Below, piece after piece: positions 18,970 through 29,833 of a stretch of DNA of 64,000 nt (positions within the stretch are counted from its first letter, which is position 1; the number at the start of each line of letters is the position of its first letter). This DNA comes from Candidatus Vogelbacteria bacterium RIFOXYD1_FULL_44_32. GTDB lineage: Bacteria > Patescibacteriota > Minisyncoccia > Phycocordibacterales > XYD1-FULL-46-19. A program made the translations under genes and the position numbers. The stretch spans positions 9,844 to 73,843 of the forward strand of contig MHTJ01000003.1 of the NCBI GenBank assembly GCA_001823065.1, in the 5' to 3' direction. Under the pieces are notes generated by a model that ran no database searches, was not told the DNA's origin, and saw nothing but the letters and a program-made list of their open reading frames with translations.

Positions 18970-20787
18970 ATGTGTGGCATTATTGGCGAACATAATCCAA
19001 GTGGGGATGACAAGGAGTTTACAAAGCGCCGAGACTCCATGTCCCACCGTGGTCCCGACGCTACTGGGTTTGTAAAGTTGTCTGATGGCCGAGTTCGTTT
19101 GGGGCACCGACGTCTCGCGATTATTGACTTGTCTAACCGCGCTGATCAGCCACTAATAATAGATGGTTATGCTCTTGTTTATAATGGTGAAGTCTATAAT
19201 TTTCGCCAACTAGCCCAAGAGATTGGTGGCCAATTTACCACCACTTCTGATACGGAAGTGATACTGCGGGGCTATATTAAATATGGGCCAGAAATTTTTG
19301 CTAAACTCGATGGAATGTTTGCCCTTGCTATCTATGATCCTCGACGCCAAATACTTGTTTTAGCTCGTGACCGTTTTGGGATTAAACCTTTATATTATTA
19401 TCACGCTGGTCAGGAATTTTCCTTTGCTTCAGAGCCACAAGCGGTGGCTAGACCCTTGACCTTAAGTCGGCCGGCTTTACGTTCTTACCTAACGCAGAAT
19501 TATATTTATGGTGATGAAGAAATTGTTGGAGGGCTTCGTTCTTTATTGGCTGGTAGTTATGCGGTGTTTGATTTAAACCAAGCCACTTTGTCCTCAGTGG
19601 TTTATGACAAGGTTAAATTTAGCCAAAAATTTAGCGAACCCACTCAAGCAGCTGATCATTTGCAGGCGGTGTTAAAACAGTCAGTCACCGATTCTTTAAT
19701 TAGTGATGTACCAGTTGGAGTTTTTCTATCTTCTGGTATAGATTCGAGTCTGATTGCTGCTTTGGCTCAGGAAATCACCGGCCAAATAAGTTCCTTCACT
19801 ATTAGCTTTGATTTTAAGTCATTTGATGAATCGCGTCGGTCAGCGGAAATTGCCAATATCCTCGGCACTGACCATCACACGGTGACCTTAGATAAAGCTG
19901 TTGTTTTAGAAGCTATTCCGACTATCCTCAACCAGTTTCATTTACCTTTTGGTGATTCGGGCGCCTTGCCATTTTACTTTTTATGTCAGTACGCTCGCCA
20001 ACATGTTAAGGTCTGTTTATCTGGTGATGGGGCTGATGAATTGTTTGGCGGTTATCCAATCTATTATTTACCCCCTTTGGCTACCCTCTACCAGCGGTTG
20101 CCTTGGCAACGACTAATCGAGCGCGTAGTAGCTATGCCTTTTGCCTCCTTTGCCAAAATGAGTTTTGATTATAAACTTCGGCGGTTTGTTGGGGCAGCGA
20201 AGTATAATTACCCCCAAGCTCATTTTCTTTATCGCGCCATGCACAACGAGGGCGTACTTAAGCCAGCATATCAAGCTGATCAGCAATATTTTGACAGTAT
20301 TTTTGCTCAAGTCCAAGGAGAGGATATTCGGGATCAGTTGATGTATGTTGACCAGAAAACAGTCTTAGAATATGACTATTTAGTCAAAGCTGATCGGATG
20401 AGTATGGCCCATGGTTTGGAAGTGCGGGTGCCATTTCTTAACAACCAAGTCGTGCAATTTAGTCGTGAGCTCGACCCAAATTTGAAAGTTCGTCGGCTTA
20501 CTACTAAATATTTACTCAAGCGTGTTCTCGAGCGTTACTTGCCCGCCAAATATATTTACCGCAAAAAAGAGGGTTTTGCTTTTCCCATCGCGTCTTGGCT
20601 CTGCTTAGAATTGCGGGATTTTATGCTTGATACTCTCTCAGCGAAAAACATAGCTCAAATCGAGTTTTTGGAGTATAGTAAAATTCGCCAGATGATAGAT
20701 GATCATTTGGCTCATCGCCGTGATTATAACCGTGAGCTTTGGGGTCTAATCAGTCTGGTTTGTTTTTTACGATCTAATCGTTTCTAA
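18970..20787 (+). CDS. asnB: asparagine synthase (glutamine-hydrolysing)-family amidotransferase
   Basis: MCGIIG N-terminal nucleophile, SGGIDSS PP-loop motif, and ~605 aa length. Confidence 0.85.
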   Translation: MCGIIGEHNPSGDDKEFTKRRDSMSHRGPDATGFVKLSDGRVRLGHRRLAIIDLSNRADQPLIIDGYALVYNGEVYNFRQLAQEIGGQFTTTSDTEVILRGYIKYGPEIFAKLDGMFALAIYDPRRQILVLARDRFGIKPLYYYHAGQEFSFASEPQAVARPLTLSRPALRSYLTQNYIYGDEEIVGGLRSLLAGSYAVFDLNQATLSSVVYDKVKFSQKFSEPTQAADHLQAVLKQSVTDSLISDVPVGVFLSSGIDSSLIAALAQEITGQISSFTISFDFKSFDESRRSAEIANILGTDHHTVTLDKAVVLEAIPTILNQFHLPFGDSGALPFYFLCQYARQHVKVCLSGDGADELFGGYPIYYLPPLATLYQRLPWQRLIERVVAMPFASFAKMSFDYKLRRFVGAAKYNYPQAHFLYRAMHNEGVLKPAYQADQQYFDSIFAQVQGEDIRDQLMYVDQKTVLEYDYLVKADRMSMAHGLEVRVPFLNNQVVQFSRELDPNLKVRRLTTKYLLKRVLERYLPAKYIYRKKEGFAFPIASWLCLELRDFMLDTLSAKNIAQIEFLEYSKIRQMIDDHLAHRRDYNRELWGLISLVCFLRSNRF

Positions 20788-20799
20788 TCTAATTTATTT

Positions 20800-21564
20800 A
20801 TGGCGTCTACTGATCGTTTTGGATATGAATGGGCTAAATATGACCAAATATTACCAGCTCATGAGGGTCAATTTTTGATGTGGGTAACACCACTGACGGC
20901 TGTTGATTTTAAAAATAAACGAGTTTTAGATGCGGGCTGTGGGATGGGGCGCAATAGTTATTGGGCCTGCCATTATGGGGCGAGGGAAGTGGTGGCTTTT
21001 GATTATGATAAACGTTCTGTGACAGCGGCTCTTAAGACATTGGCGAAATTTCCCCAAGCCAGTGTTCGGTATGAAAGCATTTACGATATCAATTATCAAA
21101 ATGAATTTGATATTGTTTTTTCCATTGGGGTTATTCATCATTTAGTCGATCCCGAAAAAGCCATTCTTAATTTATATCGAGCCCTCTGTCCTGGGGGTCG
21201 GTTGTTATTATGGGTCTATGGGGATATGCATAAGCACAAAATTCGGCTGATTAATTTGGTTCGTTTGGTGCTGTCTAGAATGCCGGTAGCTTTGGTCCAC
21301 TTTTTAACTTACTTTATTTCAGTGCCGTTTTATCTTTATTTAAAAGTATTTCCACAACGAAGTGATTATCTAAAACTGCTCAAGACCTTTTCTTTCCTCC
21401 ATGTTCACGCTATTGCCTTTGACCAATTAATCCCTCAAGTTGCTCATTACTGGAGTCGAGCTGAGATTGAAGTATTACTGCGAGTTTTACCTCCGGAGCA
21501 CGAGAGTTTAATAAGTCCTATTCGGGGTTATAGCTGGTCAGTGTTGATAACTAAACCACTATGA
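20800..21564 (+). CDS. class I SAM-dependent methyltransferase
   Basis: Motif I VLDAGCGMGRNSYWA. Confidence 0.75.
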   Translation: MASTDRFGYEWAKYDQILPAHEGQFLMWVTPLTAVDFKNKRVLDAGCGMGRNSYWACHYGAREVVAFDYDKRSVTAALKTLAKFPQASVRYESIYDINYQNEFDIVFSIGVIHHLVDPEKAILNLYRALCPGGRLLLWVYGDMHKHKIRLINLVRLVLSRMPVALVHFLTYFISVPFYLYLKVFPQRSDYLKLLKTFSFLHVHAIAFDQLIPQVAHYWSRAEIEVLLRVLPPEHESLISPIRGYSWSVLITKPL

Positions 21565-22418
21565 ACACAATTTCTGTTGTTATTCCAGTTTACAATGAAG
21601 AAAAAGGGATCAAGGGCACTTTAGAAATCCTGCAAAACCTGAGGCGTCAGTATCCCGATATTATTGAAATTATTGTCGTCAACGACGGGAGTGTTGATCG
21701 TTCGGGCGAAATTTTAAGCACAGAAACGGGAATTAAGCTTTTAACCAATGGTTATAATATTGGCTATGGTTCATCATTAAAACGTGGTATTAAAGCGGCG
21801 AGTGGCGATTGGATTTTTATTGCTGATGCTGATGGTACTTATCCAGTAGAACGTTTACCTGATTTTTTTAGTTTTATGGCTGATTACGATATGATTGTTG
21901 GGGTTAGAACAACGGCGGTCAATCATATACCAGTGTTACGTCGGCCGGCCAAGAAATTTTTAAATTGGTTTGCTGGCTGGATAGTAAATTTTCCGATTCC
22001 TGATCTCAACTCAGGTATGAGGTTGTTTCGTCGGCGAGAGTGTCTAGAGTTCTGGGGACTTTACCCAGAGCGGTTTTCTTTTACTTCAACTATTACTTTA
22101 GCTTTTATTCGGAGTCATTATTTAGTAAAATATGTGCCAATTGATTACCATAAGCGCTTAGGTAGTTCGAGCTTATCGCCGTGGAATTTTTTTACTTTTT
22201 TGGGTTTAGTTTTTCGGATTGCATTTTATTTTAATCCGCTTAGATTCCTGCTGCCATTTGTCCTATTACTTATAAGTACTGGCGTTATTAAAGGGGTTTA
22301 TGATCTGGCCTATTCTAATGCTATTGGGAACTTTAGTATTTTACTGGTAACAATAGGTTGTTTTGTTTTACTGCTAGCCTTATTATCTGATCTGCTTTTT
22401 CGCCAAAGATCAAAATGA
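21561..22418 (+). CDS. GT2 family glycosyltransferase (Dpm1/GtrB-like polyprenyl-phosphate sugar transferase)
   Basis: ISVVIPVYNEE and DADGTYP motifs, with a C-terminal TM segment. Confidence 0.8.
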   Translation: MNTISVVIPVYNEEKGIKGTLEILQNLRRQYPDIIEIIVVNDGSVDRSGEILSTETGIKLLTNGYNIGYGSSLKRGIKAASGDWIFIADADGTYPVERLPDFFSFMADYDMIVGVRTTAVNHIPVLRRPAKKFLNWFAGWIVNFPIPDLNSGMRLFRRRECLEFWGLYPERFSFTSTITLAFIRSHYLVKYVPIDYHKRLGSSSLSPWNFFTFLGLVFRIAFYFNPLRFLLPFVLLLISTGVIKGVYDLAYSNAIGNFSILLVTIGCFVLLLALLSDLLFRQRSK

Positions 22419-24091
22419 GAGTAAAGATATCAAACTTTTTCAATCTATTTTTTTCTTCGCCTTGGTTTTTTGGGCTTGGCTTGGTCGGGTTGATTTTGCT
22501 TTATGTTGTTAGTAATGTTGGAAATAATATTTCATCTGTGAGTAGTGATGTGTGGTTATATAATTTTTCTCATACTCAAACCATTGAAGGACTATGGAGT
22601 GAGGTGCCGAAAAATTATACTAATGAACCATATTATTTGGCGTATCCTATTCTTAATTGGGCGGCTGCCAATTGGCAGGTTGGAGTGGCGCGTTTTCACT
22701 TTTTAGCTCTTTTTCTTCTTACTGCTACTTATCTAGTAAATGGTCTGGTAATTTTTGCTTTTACTAAAAAGTGGTGGGCGGCCACTTTAGCGGGTCTTCT
22801 GCTTATTATTCCCCATAATGTGTTTTCCACCCAAATTGGAATGCTTAATTTCAATAATGTTCGGGGGCTGGGCTTTGCTTTTCCTTTTTATTTTTTACTT
22901 AGTTTCTATTGGATTCATTTTGGGCTTGGTCATAGGGTGCGTAATATTGTTTTAGCTATTACCGCTGGGGCTCTGGTTTATTTATACCCTCTAGTTGGCG
23001 TGATTATTGTTCCACTTTTTGTGTTGACAGCGGCTATCCTCAAAGGGAAAAAATATTGGCGAGAAATCTCTCTGTTTTTTGCTATCTACCTCTTGGTTTC
23101 AAGTTTATTCTGGTATGGTCATTTTACGGCTGGGTATACCGGTATGCTAAACCAAGAGTCAATACTTTCGCCAGCGCAAGCGAATTTACAAATTGAAATA
23201 TTAAAGGAACGTTTTCATGGTTCGCTATTTGATCTTGAATTTGGCAAATTAAAACGTTCCGCGTGGGATGGTCTACCACTTTTAGTTCTTTTTATTGGAT
23301 CGATTTGGTGGATTAGACGGCGGTCGCTGGAGATTACACCACCCCTTAAAAATTTCACCTCTATTTCCTTAGTTTTTTCTCTCCTGATGGTATCTTTTAC
23401 GGTTGGGGTAGAAATTATCAATCAAATTCTAAGTTTTTATGGTCAGCCGGCCTTTTTTATTGAACATATCAGACTTTTGCGGGCTTTAGGTTTTGTGCTG
23501 ATTGGTCAAGTTGTGGTTGGTCTTGTGGTTCTAGTGAATGCGGGTCGATGGGGGCAAGTCACCGCTTTTGTACTTGCCCTCCTACTTTTGTTTTCGCCCC
23601 TGTCATTGTCGACGCCAGTGGTTCGCCCGGTTGTTCGCACCGTGGTACCGACTTCCATTCGCACCAAGTACAATTTAGCCCCGATTGTCGATCAATCCGA
23701 CTACAAAAGTTTTTCTAATTTGGAGGCGGCCGCTATTTGGAGTCGAGATCAGCTAGCTCCCAAAGCCAAGATTTTTGTTTTTGATGATAGTCAATGGGAA
23801 TTTATTTTTAAGATACTAAGTAAACACGATACTAATCTTACGGTTAAAGAGGGTTCAGTTTGGACCACCGCTGGCTTTGCCAATAGTCTAAGGTGGTACA
23901 CCGAAAGACAAAATTATAAACAAAAGGTAGAGTCGGCGGGCACATTTGGGGAAATTGTTCTGTTTGCTCGATCCTTAGAGATGACCCACATGCTTATTCC
24001 GCGTGGAAAATATGAAGATTTATTTAAACAAAATAATTTTAATCTAAATACTGTCTATGTGAATCCGGATTATCGTTTAATTAAGTTATAA
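22415..24091 (+). CDS. polytopic membrane protein, possible GT-C glycosyltransferase or polymerase
   Basis: About 11 hydrophobic helices in the N-terminal 400 aa, followed by a soluble C-terminal domain. It is operon-coupled to the GT2 gene. Confidence 0.45.
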   Translation: MRVKISNFFNLFFSSPWFFGLGLVGLILLYVVSNVGNNISSVSSDVWLYNFSHTQTIEGLWSEVPKNYTNEPYYLAYPILNWAAANWQVGVARFHFLALFLLTATYLVNGLVIFAFTKKWWAATLAGLLLIIPHNVFSTQIGMLNFNNVRGLGFAFPFYFLLSFYWIHFGLGHRVRNIVLAITAGALVYLYPLVGVIIVPLFVLTAAILKGKKYWREISLFFAIYLLVSSLFWYGHFTAGYTGMLNQESILSPAQANLQIEILKERFHGSLFDLEFGKLKRSAWDGLPLLVLFIGSIWWIRRRSLEITPPLKNFTSISLVFSLLMVSFTVGVEIINQILSFYGQPAFFIEHIRLLRALGFVLIGQVVVGLVVLVNAGRWGQVTAFVLALLLLFSPLSLSTPVVRPVVRTVVPTSIRTKYNLAPIVDQSDYKSFSNLEAAAIWSRDQLAPKAKIFVFDDSQWEFIFKILSKHDTNLTVKEGSVWTTAGFANSLRWYTERQNYKQKVESAGTFGEIVLFARSLEMTHMLIPRGKYEDLFKQNNFNLNTVYVNPDYRLIKL

Positions 24092-24098
24092 TTTATTT

Positions 24099-25214
24099 AT
24101 GAATTTTTTTAATCCTTTTTATTCCTTACCTCGTCGTCTGGCGGTGATTGTTGGCACCAGACCGAATTTTGTGAAGGCAGCCCCTTTCTTACGTGAAGCC
24201 AAAAATCATCCCCGTTTTGATTACACCGTTATTCACACTGGCCAGCATTTTGACCAGAATATGTCGGAAGTTTTTTTTGCGGAATTAGGAATTCCACGAC
24301 CAGATGTTTTTCTTAATCCTGGGGGGGAAAAACATACAGAAAAAATTGCCCTGATGTTTGACCAGATGAAGGATGTTTTTAAGCAACACAAATTTGCGGG
24401 GGCAATAGTTTTTGGTGATGTTAATTCTACTTTGGCTGGGGCACTGGCGGCGATCAAACATAATGTTCGCTTGGCGCATATTGAAGCTGGTCTCCGCAGT
24501 CATGACCGACGCATGCCTGAGGAAATCAATCGGGTGATTGTTGACCATCTGGCTCATTTGCATTTTGTTACGGAACAGTCGGGTGTCGAAAACCTGCGTC
24601 GGGAGGGAGTGAAAGAAAGGAAAATTCACTTGGTCGGTAATATTATGATTGAATCCCTCGAGCTTTATCGAAACAAAATTGAGGCCTCGCCGATTTTAGC
24701 TCAACTTCAGCTAAAGCCTAAAGGTTATATTTTGGTCACCATTCATCGCCAAGAAAATACCGACAGTAAACAAGCTTTGGCCGAAATCCTCCAACTCGTG
24801 GCAGGTCTTAAGAACCAGTATCAGGTAGTTTTTCCGCTTCACCCGGGGACCAAAAAACGGATTGAGGAGTATGGCTTGGCCAGTTTTCTCACCGGACTAA
24901 CTGTGATCGAACCGGTTGGTTATTTTGATTTTGTAAAATTAACTAAAGATAGTCTGGGGGTGGTCACCGACTCTGGCGGGATTCAAGAAGAGACCAGCCA
25001 TCTAGGTATTCCCTGTGCTACTTTGCGAGACAATACTGAACGACCAGTGACTCTTGAACTTGGTTCCAATAAACTTTTTCCTATTGCCGAAGCGACCAGC
25101 AGTGAGATTCTTCAGCATCTCAAACGACTAGACTTCAAGCCTGGCCTTATTCCGTTTTGGGACAGCGGTGTCAGTAAGCGAATTTTTCAGGTCCTCGATA
25201 ATTGGGAAATTTAA
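24099..25214 (+). CDS. wecB: UDP-N-acetylglucosamine 2-epimerase (non-hydrolysing)
   Basis: Motifs VIVGTRPNFVKAAP, HIEAGLRS and DSGGIQEE. Confidence 0.9.
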   Translation: MNFFNPFYSLPRRLAVIVGTRPNFVKAAPFLREAKNHPRFDYTVIHTGQHFDQNMSEVFFAELGIPRPDVFLNPGGEKHTEKIALMFDQMKDVFKQHKFAGAIVFGDVNSTLAGALAAIKHNVRLAHIEAGLRSHDRRMPEEINRVIVDHLAHLHFVTEQSGVENLRREGVKERKIHLVGNIMIESLELYRNKIEASPILAQLQLKPKGYILVTIHRQENTDSKQALAEILQLVAGLKNQYQVVFPLHPGTKKRIEEYGLASFLTGLTVIEPVGYFDFVKLTKDSLGVVTDSGGIQEETSHLGIPCATLRDNTERPVTLELGSNKLFPIAEATSSEILQHLKRLDFKPGLIPFWDSGVSKRIFQVLDNWEI

Positions 25215-25234
25215 GTAGGTTATAATTTTTTACT

Positions 25235-26266
25235 ATGAAATTTGTTTTTATTGCCCCCCGTTTTCATACCAATTTTTATTATCTGGTCAAGACCTTGCTT
25301 GACCATGGCCACCAGGTTGATTTTTTGGCTCTTTATGAGGGTAAGTCTGAGGACCATAGCTTAGTTAAACCGATAATTGTGGGAAAGCCCAATTCACGCT
25401 GGCCTTTAATTATAAAATTAATCAAACAAATATTATTTAGTCAGGCTGATGTCCTTATTATTAAAGATATTGTTACGCCCTATTCACTTATTGCTCTTAC
25501 GACTGGTTTTTTGCTCCGAAAAAAAATGCTGGCGCTAACCCAGATTCCCAAATATCGAGCGCAACTGGTAAGTGGGGCGGTGACATGGCTCTGGCGAGTT
25601 TTTCACACGGAAGCTATTACGCCCGTCCAGGGTGACTTACGATTTTCCAACGGCAATCCAACCTTATGGTATGTGCCGTTTGTAATTGAGGCCAACGATA
25701 AACCCTATGAAGCTCATCCCGATGTTGGTCAAATAAATATCCTTTGTGTTGGTAAATTTCAGACGCGTAAAAATCAATTACTGCTGGTGCAAGCAGTTGA
25801 ACAACTTTGCCAAGAATTTCCGCTTAAGCTACTTTTGGCCGGTGAAGTAGAAGAATTTTCTTATTTTGAAAAATTACAGCACTATATACATAATCACAAT
25901 TTGGATTCCATTGTAACAATTGTGCCCCATTTGCCCTGGGCAAAAATGTCTGACTTGTATCGCGCCAGTGATATTTTTGTTCTTCCTAGCTCGGGTGAGC
26001 CAGCTGCTTATTCTATTTTAGAAGCCATGAGTTATGGTTTGCCGGTCGTAAGTTCTGATGACAATGGGACCCAGTGGTATATCAAATCTAACAGCAATGG
26101 TTTTATTTTTCGCCATGATGATCTGGCTGATCTGATTTTAAAACTGCGGACAATATTGGGCGACAAAGCTAAACTTAAGGTTATGGGTGGGGTTAGTTTG
26201 CAACTTACCAAACAACTCCACCAGCCGGTTATTTTCTATCAAAAAGTAATGGCCATAATTAACTAA
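25235..26266 (+). CDS. GT4 family glycosyltransferase
   Basis: Motif EPAAYSILEAMSYGLPVVSSDDNG. Confidence 0.75.
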   Translation: MKFVFIAPRFHTNFYYLVKTLLDHGHQVDFLALYEGKSEDHSLVKPIIVGKPNSRWPLIIKLIKQILFSQADVLIIKDIVTPYSLIALTTGFLLRKKMLALTQIPKYRAQLVSGAVTWLWRVFHTEAITPVQGDLRFSNGNPTLWYVPFVIEANDKPYEAHPDVGQINILCVGKFQTRKNQLLLVQAVEQLCQEFPLKLLLAGEVEEFSYFEKLQHYIHNHNLDSIVTIVPHLPWAKMSDLYRASDIFVLPSSGEPAAYSILEAMSYGLPVVSSDDNGTQWYIKSNSNGFIFRHDDLADLILKLRTILGDKAKLKVMGGVSLQLTKQLHQPVIFYQKVMAIIN

Positions 26267-26273
26267 AAGTGTT

Positions 26274-27341
26274 ATGCTCAAAAACACTATGGTCAAAAAA
26301 ATTATTCCTCATGTCCGTTTGACCCTTGGTCCGGCCGAGCTCGAGGCTGTGGCCAAAGTTCTTAAGAGTGGGTATCTCGCTCCTGGTCTGGTTGGTGAGA
26401 CTCTCGAGCGGGGGATTGCCCGTTTGTCTAATCAAAAGTCTGGGGTGGCGGTCAGCTCTGGTACCGCTGCCCTTCATGTTGCTTTACTTGCACTTGGAGT
26501 TAAGGCTGGAGATGAAGTGATTATTCCCGCTTATTCCTGCCAAGCCCTTTTAAATGCCGTCCTTTATGTTGGCGCTCGGCCAGTGGTTGTTGATATTGAC
26601 CTTTCTACTTTTAATATTGATCCTCAGGAGGTTCAAAAAAATATTACTAAAAAAACCAAGGCCATTATTGTACCACATATGTTTGGTTTGATGGCTGATA
26701 TAGTTGCTATCAAGCGTTTTAGCATTCCGATTATTGAAGATTGTGCGCTATCAATTGGGGCCAAATTTAAAGGTCAACCCGCTGGTTCTTTTGGCGTAGT
26801 GGCGATATTTTCCTTTTATGCCACCAAGACTATCACTGGCGGTGAGGGGGGTATGGTGGTGTCTTCAGTTGAAGCAATTGTCGACCAGGCGCGCGATGTG
26901 CGTGAATATGACAAAAAGAAAAACTTTATTATCCGCTATAATTACAAATTAAGTGATGTTAATGCGGCTATTGCCCTCGCTCAACTAAAACAACTTCCGT
27001 CTTTTGTTACTAAAAGGCAGGCCATCGCTAAAAAATATACCAAAGCCCTTGCTGGCACTAATTTTATCTTGCCCACCGTGCCGGTCGACTATCATCACAC
27101 TTTTTCCCGCTATATTATTCGTACCCCCCAAGCGGAACAATTGCGAACGTATCTTAAAGACCACGGTGTTGGCACAGGCCGAGGGGTTGTGCTTGGTATT
27201 CATGAGCTAATAAAAACTAAAGCCTCTTTACCTAAAAGCAAGCAAGCTCTTCGTGAGGCGGTATCACTTCCAATTTATCCTACTTTGACGGCTAGCGAGC
27301 AACAAAAAATTATTACACTTTTGATAAACTTTAAATCATAA
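26274..27341 (+). CDS. DegT/DnrJ/EryC1/StrS-family PLP-dependent sugar aminotransferase
   Basis: Motifs SSGTAALHVALLALG and ATKTITGGEGGMVV (PLP lysine region). Confidence 0.85.
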   Translation: MLKNTMVKKIIPHVRLTLGPAELEAVAKVLKSGYLAPGLVGETLERGIARLSNQKSGVAVSSGTAALHVALLALGVKAGDEVIIPAYSCQALLNAVLYVGARPVVVDIDLSTFNIDPQEVQKNITKKTKAIIVPHMFGLMADIVAIKRFSIPIIEDCALSIGAKFKGQPAGSFGVVAIFSFYATKTITGGEGGMVVSSVEAIVDQARDVREYDKKKNFIIRYNYKLSDVNAAIALAQLKQLPSFVTKRQAIAKKYTKALAGTNFILPTVPVDYHHTFSRYIIRTPQAEQLRTYLKDHGVGTGRGVVLGIHELIKTKASLPKSKQALREAVSLPIYPTLTASEQQKIITLLINFKS

Positions 27342-27344
27342 GTT

Positions 27345-28040
27345 ATGCCTGAAGAAGCGATTAATAAAACTACTTACAGCACCGCCAAATCGGTTGAAAT
27401 CTATTCCCAATTATATCTTTGGCCCTATGAAAAAGTGTTGTTCGACCGCTATATTACGCCAGGTCTCTCTGTCCTTGACGTGGGTTGTGGTACTGGTCGG
27501 TCAACTTATTTTTTAAACCAGCGGGGAGTGACCGTGATTGGTATTGATATGGTTGAAGCTTTTATCAATCATGGACACGAGCTCTACCCCGAGCTTGATC
27601 TACGGCTTATGAATGCCACTAAGCTCGAATTTCCGGACAATTCATTTGATATTGTTTTCTTTTCCAATCAGGGTATCGATTATACTGACCGGCGGCTTGA
27701 CGTTTTGCGAGAAGTTTACCGTGTGACCAAGCCGGGTGGTGTTTTTGCTTACTCTAGTCACAACAGTTTGTATTTACCCCGTACTAAAAAAGGGTGGGTT
27801 AATTTCGGTCGTAATCTACGCTATTTTCGACTTGGCTATCACTTTCGGATTGAGCATCATCCAAACGGTGATCTCCATGTTGCTCATAATAATATTTGGA
27901 ACGAAGCAAAAACTTTGCGCCAGCTTGGTTTTAAAGTTATCGAAATTCTCTCGAATAGTCAGCGGTTTTCAAGCTTACCAAAACTCATCACTGGGCTTTT
28001 TACTCGTTGGCCCCTTTTTGTTTGTCGTAAACCATTATGA
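27345..28040 (+). CDS. class I SAM-dependent methyltransferase
   Basis: Motif I VLDVGCGTGRSTYFL. Confidence 0.75.
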   Translation: MPEEAINKTTYSTAKSVEIYSQLYLWPYEKVLFDRYITPGLSVLDVGCGTGRSTYFLNQRGVTVIGIDMVEAFINHGHELYPELDLRLMNATKLEFPDNSFDIVFFSNQGIDYTDRRLDVLREVYRVTKPGGVFAYSSHNSLYLPRTKKGWVNFGRNLRYFRLGYHFRIEHHPNGDLHVAHNNIWNEAKTLRQLGFKVIEILSNSQRFSSLPKLITGLFTRWPLFVCRKPL

Positions 28041-29176
28041 AGAAAGTCCTTTTCCTGATTAATAATCTAAATCGGGGCGGAGCTGAACGAGTGTTTGTTA
28101 ATCAAGCTAATAATTTGCACCGAGCTGGTGGACTAGTTTATTTTGGACTTTTGTTTTCTTCCCCCGTAGATAGTTTTGCCAGCGAGCTAGAATTACCAGT
28201 CGAGCAGATTTTTTCTCTAGCTGGATTAAGGAGCGGAAATCTGGGTCGGTTTTGGACTCTGCAGAAAATAATTCGTCGGCACAAAATCGAGGTGATTTAT
28301 TCTACCCTTGAGCTTTCAAACATTTTTGCGCGTCTAACCAAGATTTTTAATCCCCGTTTGCGTGTAATTATTCGCGAAGGGAGCGCTGTTATTGACAAAA
28401 ATGGTCAAACATCGCCGAAACCTACCAAATTTAGACTGCTTGATATTATCCTTAATCTTTTGGCCAGTCGTGTTATTGCTGTCTCGGACGAGATTGCCAT
28501 TATTTTGCGGGGCTATCAACCCCATATCGCTTCTAAGATTGTTGTTGTGGAAAATGGGGTAATGCTCGGAGAGTCGCGGGCCGAAGTTGAAAAGCGACTT
28601 AAAGCAAAAACTAGCCAGAACACTTTTCAGATTCTGACTGCCGCTTCGATGAATTATTACGAGCGGGCGTTTGAATATCTAATTGAAGCCATTTCACTTT
28701 TGCCAACTGAATTACGAAATCGCACAACCTTGATTTTTGCTGGTGATGGCACCTTGCGGCCGATGTATGAAAAACAGACCAAGGAGCTTGGTTTAGAGAA
28801 ACAAATTAAATTTTTGGGTCGGCTCGATACGGCCCGGCTTGTCGAGGAGTACAAACGGGCCGATGTTTTTGTGCTGTGTTCCACTTCCGAAGGTTCGCCT
28901 AATGTCATTATCGAAGCCGCGTCCCGTGGTTTGCCGGTGGTGACGACGCGCGTTGGCTCGGCTGTGACCATGGTGGTGGAAGGGGAGACGGGCTGGTTTA
29001 TTCCGTTTAAAAATAGCCAAGCAATCGCCGATAAACTTATCTGGTTGGCAACACACGAGTCCAAGCGACTAGCGATGGGTTTAACGGCCTATGACCATGT
29101 GGCCAAGCAATTTTCCTTTGTCAGTAAAATGGAGGAGCTAAAGGGTTTACTTTTTGGGTCAAATCCTGTTAAATGA
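28037..29176 (+). CDS. GT4 family glycosyltransferase
   Basis: Motif EGSPNVIIEAASRGLPVVTTRVGS. Confidence 0.85.
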   Translation: MKKVLFLINNLNRGGAERVFVNQANNLHRAGGLVYFGLLFSSPVDSFASELELPVEQIFSLAGLRSGNLGRFWTLQKIIRRHKIEVIYSTLELSNIFARLTKIFNPRLRVIIREGSAVIDKNGQTSPKPTKFRLLDIILNLLASRVIAVSDEIAIILRGYQPHIASKIVVVENGVMLGESRAEVEKRLKAKTSQNTFQILTAASMNYYERAFEYLIEAISLLPTELRNRTTLIFAGDGTLRPMYEKQTKELGLEKQIKFLGRLDTARLVEEYKRADVFVLCSTSEGSPNVIIEAASRGLPVVTTRVGSAVTMVVEGETGWFIPFKNSQAIADKLIWLATHESKRLAMGLTAYDHVAKQFSFVSKMEELKGLLFGSNPVK

Positions 29177-29188
29177 CATCATTAACTT

Positions 29189-29830
29189 ATGTTTAGTCAA
29201 GCTAAAAAAGTGCTCATTATTAGTGCCCATGCCGATGATATGGAGATTGGCTGTGGGGGCACTGTCCAGAAGCTCCTGAAAGAGGGAAAAGATGTCTATC
29301 AACTTATCCTCTCATTAAATATGAAAGGGGCTTCGGATAAATTTTCCGAAGATCAAATTCGGGCTGAAGTCTATGCCAGTGCGAAGGTTCTTGGCCTGCC
29401 CCAGGAAAATATCTTTTTTGAGAGATTTGAAAATCGGGTTTTTCCTGAGCATCGCCAAGAAATTCTTGACACACTTTGGGTCTATCATCGCAAACTCAAT
29501 CCCGATGTTGTTTTTACAATGGCTCTTGATGATATGCATCAAGACCATGTGACCGTTGCTGTCGAAAGTTTTAGGGCTTTTAAAGAATGCACCTTACTGT
29601 CCTATGGCTATGACTGGAATCGGCTCAACAAAACGGCTGACTTTTATAATGTGTTGTCGGAGGAAGAATTGACTAAAAAAATTACTGCTGTTCAGTGTTA
29701 CCAGAGTCAGCAAGATGGTCGGGCCTATTTTTCACCGGAATATATTAGAAGTTGGGCGATTGCTCGGGGAGTCGAGATTAAGGAAAGATACGCTGAGGCG
29801 TTTAATATTATTCGCTTTATTGTCCGTTAG
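29189..29830 (+). CDS. PIG-L/LmbE-family N-acetylglucosaminyl deacetylase
   Basis: Motif VLIISAHADDMEIGCGGT. Confidence 0.8.
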   Translation: MFSQAKKVLIISAHADDMEIGCGGTVQKLLKEGKDVYQLILSLNMKGASDKFSEDQIRAEVYASAKVLGLPQENIFFERFENRVFPEHRQEILDTLWVYHRKLNPDVVFTMALDDMHQDHVTVAVESFRAFKECTLLSYGYDWNRLNKTADFYNVLSEEELTKKITAVQCYQSQQDGRAYFSPEYIRSWAIARGVEIKERYAEAFNIIRFIVR

Positions 29831-29833
29831 TTT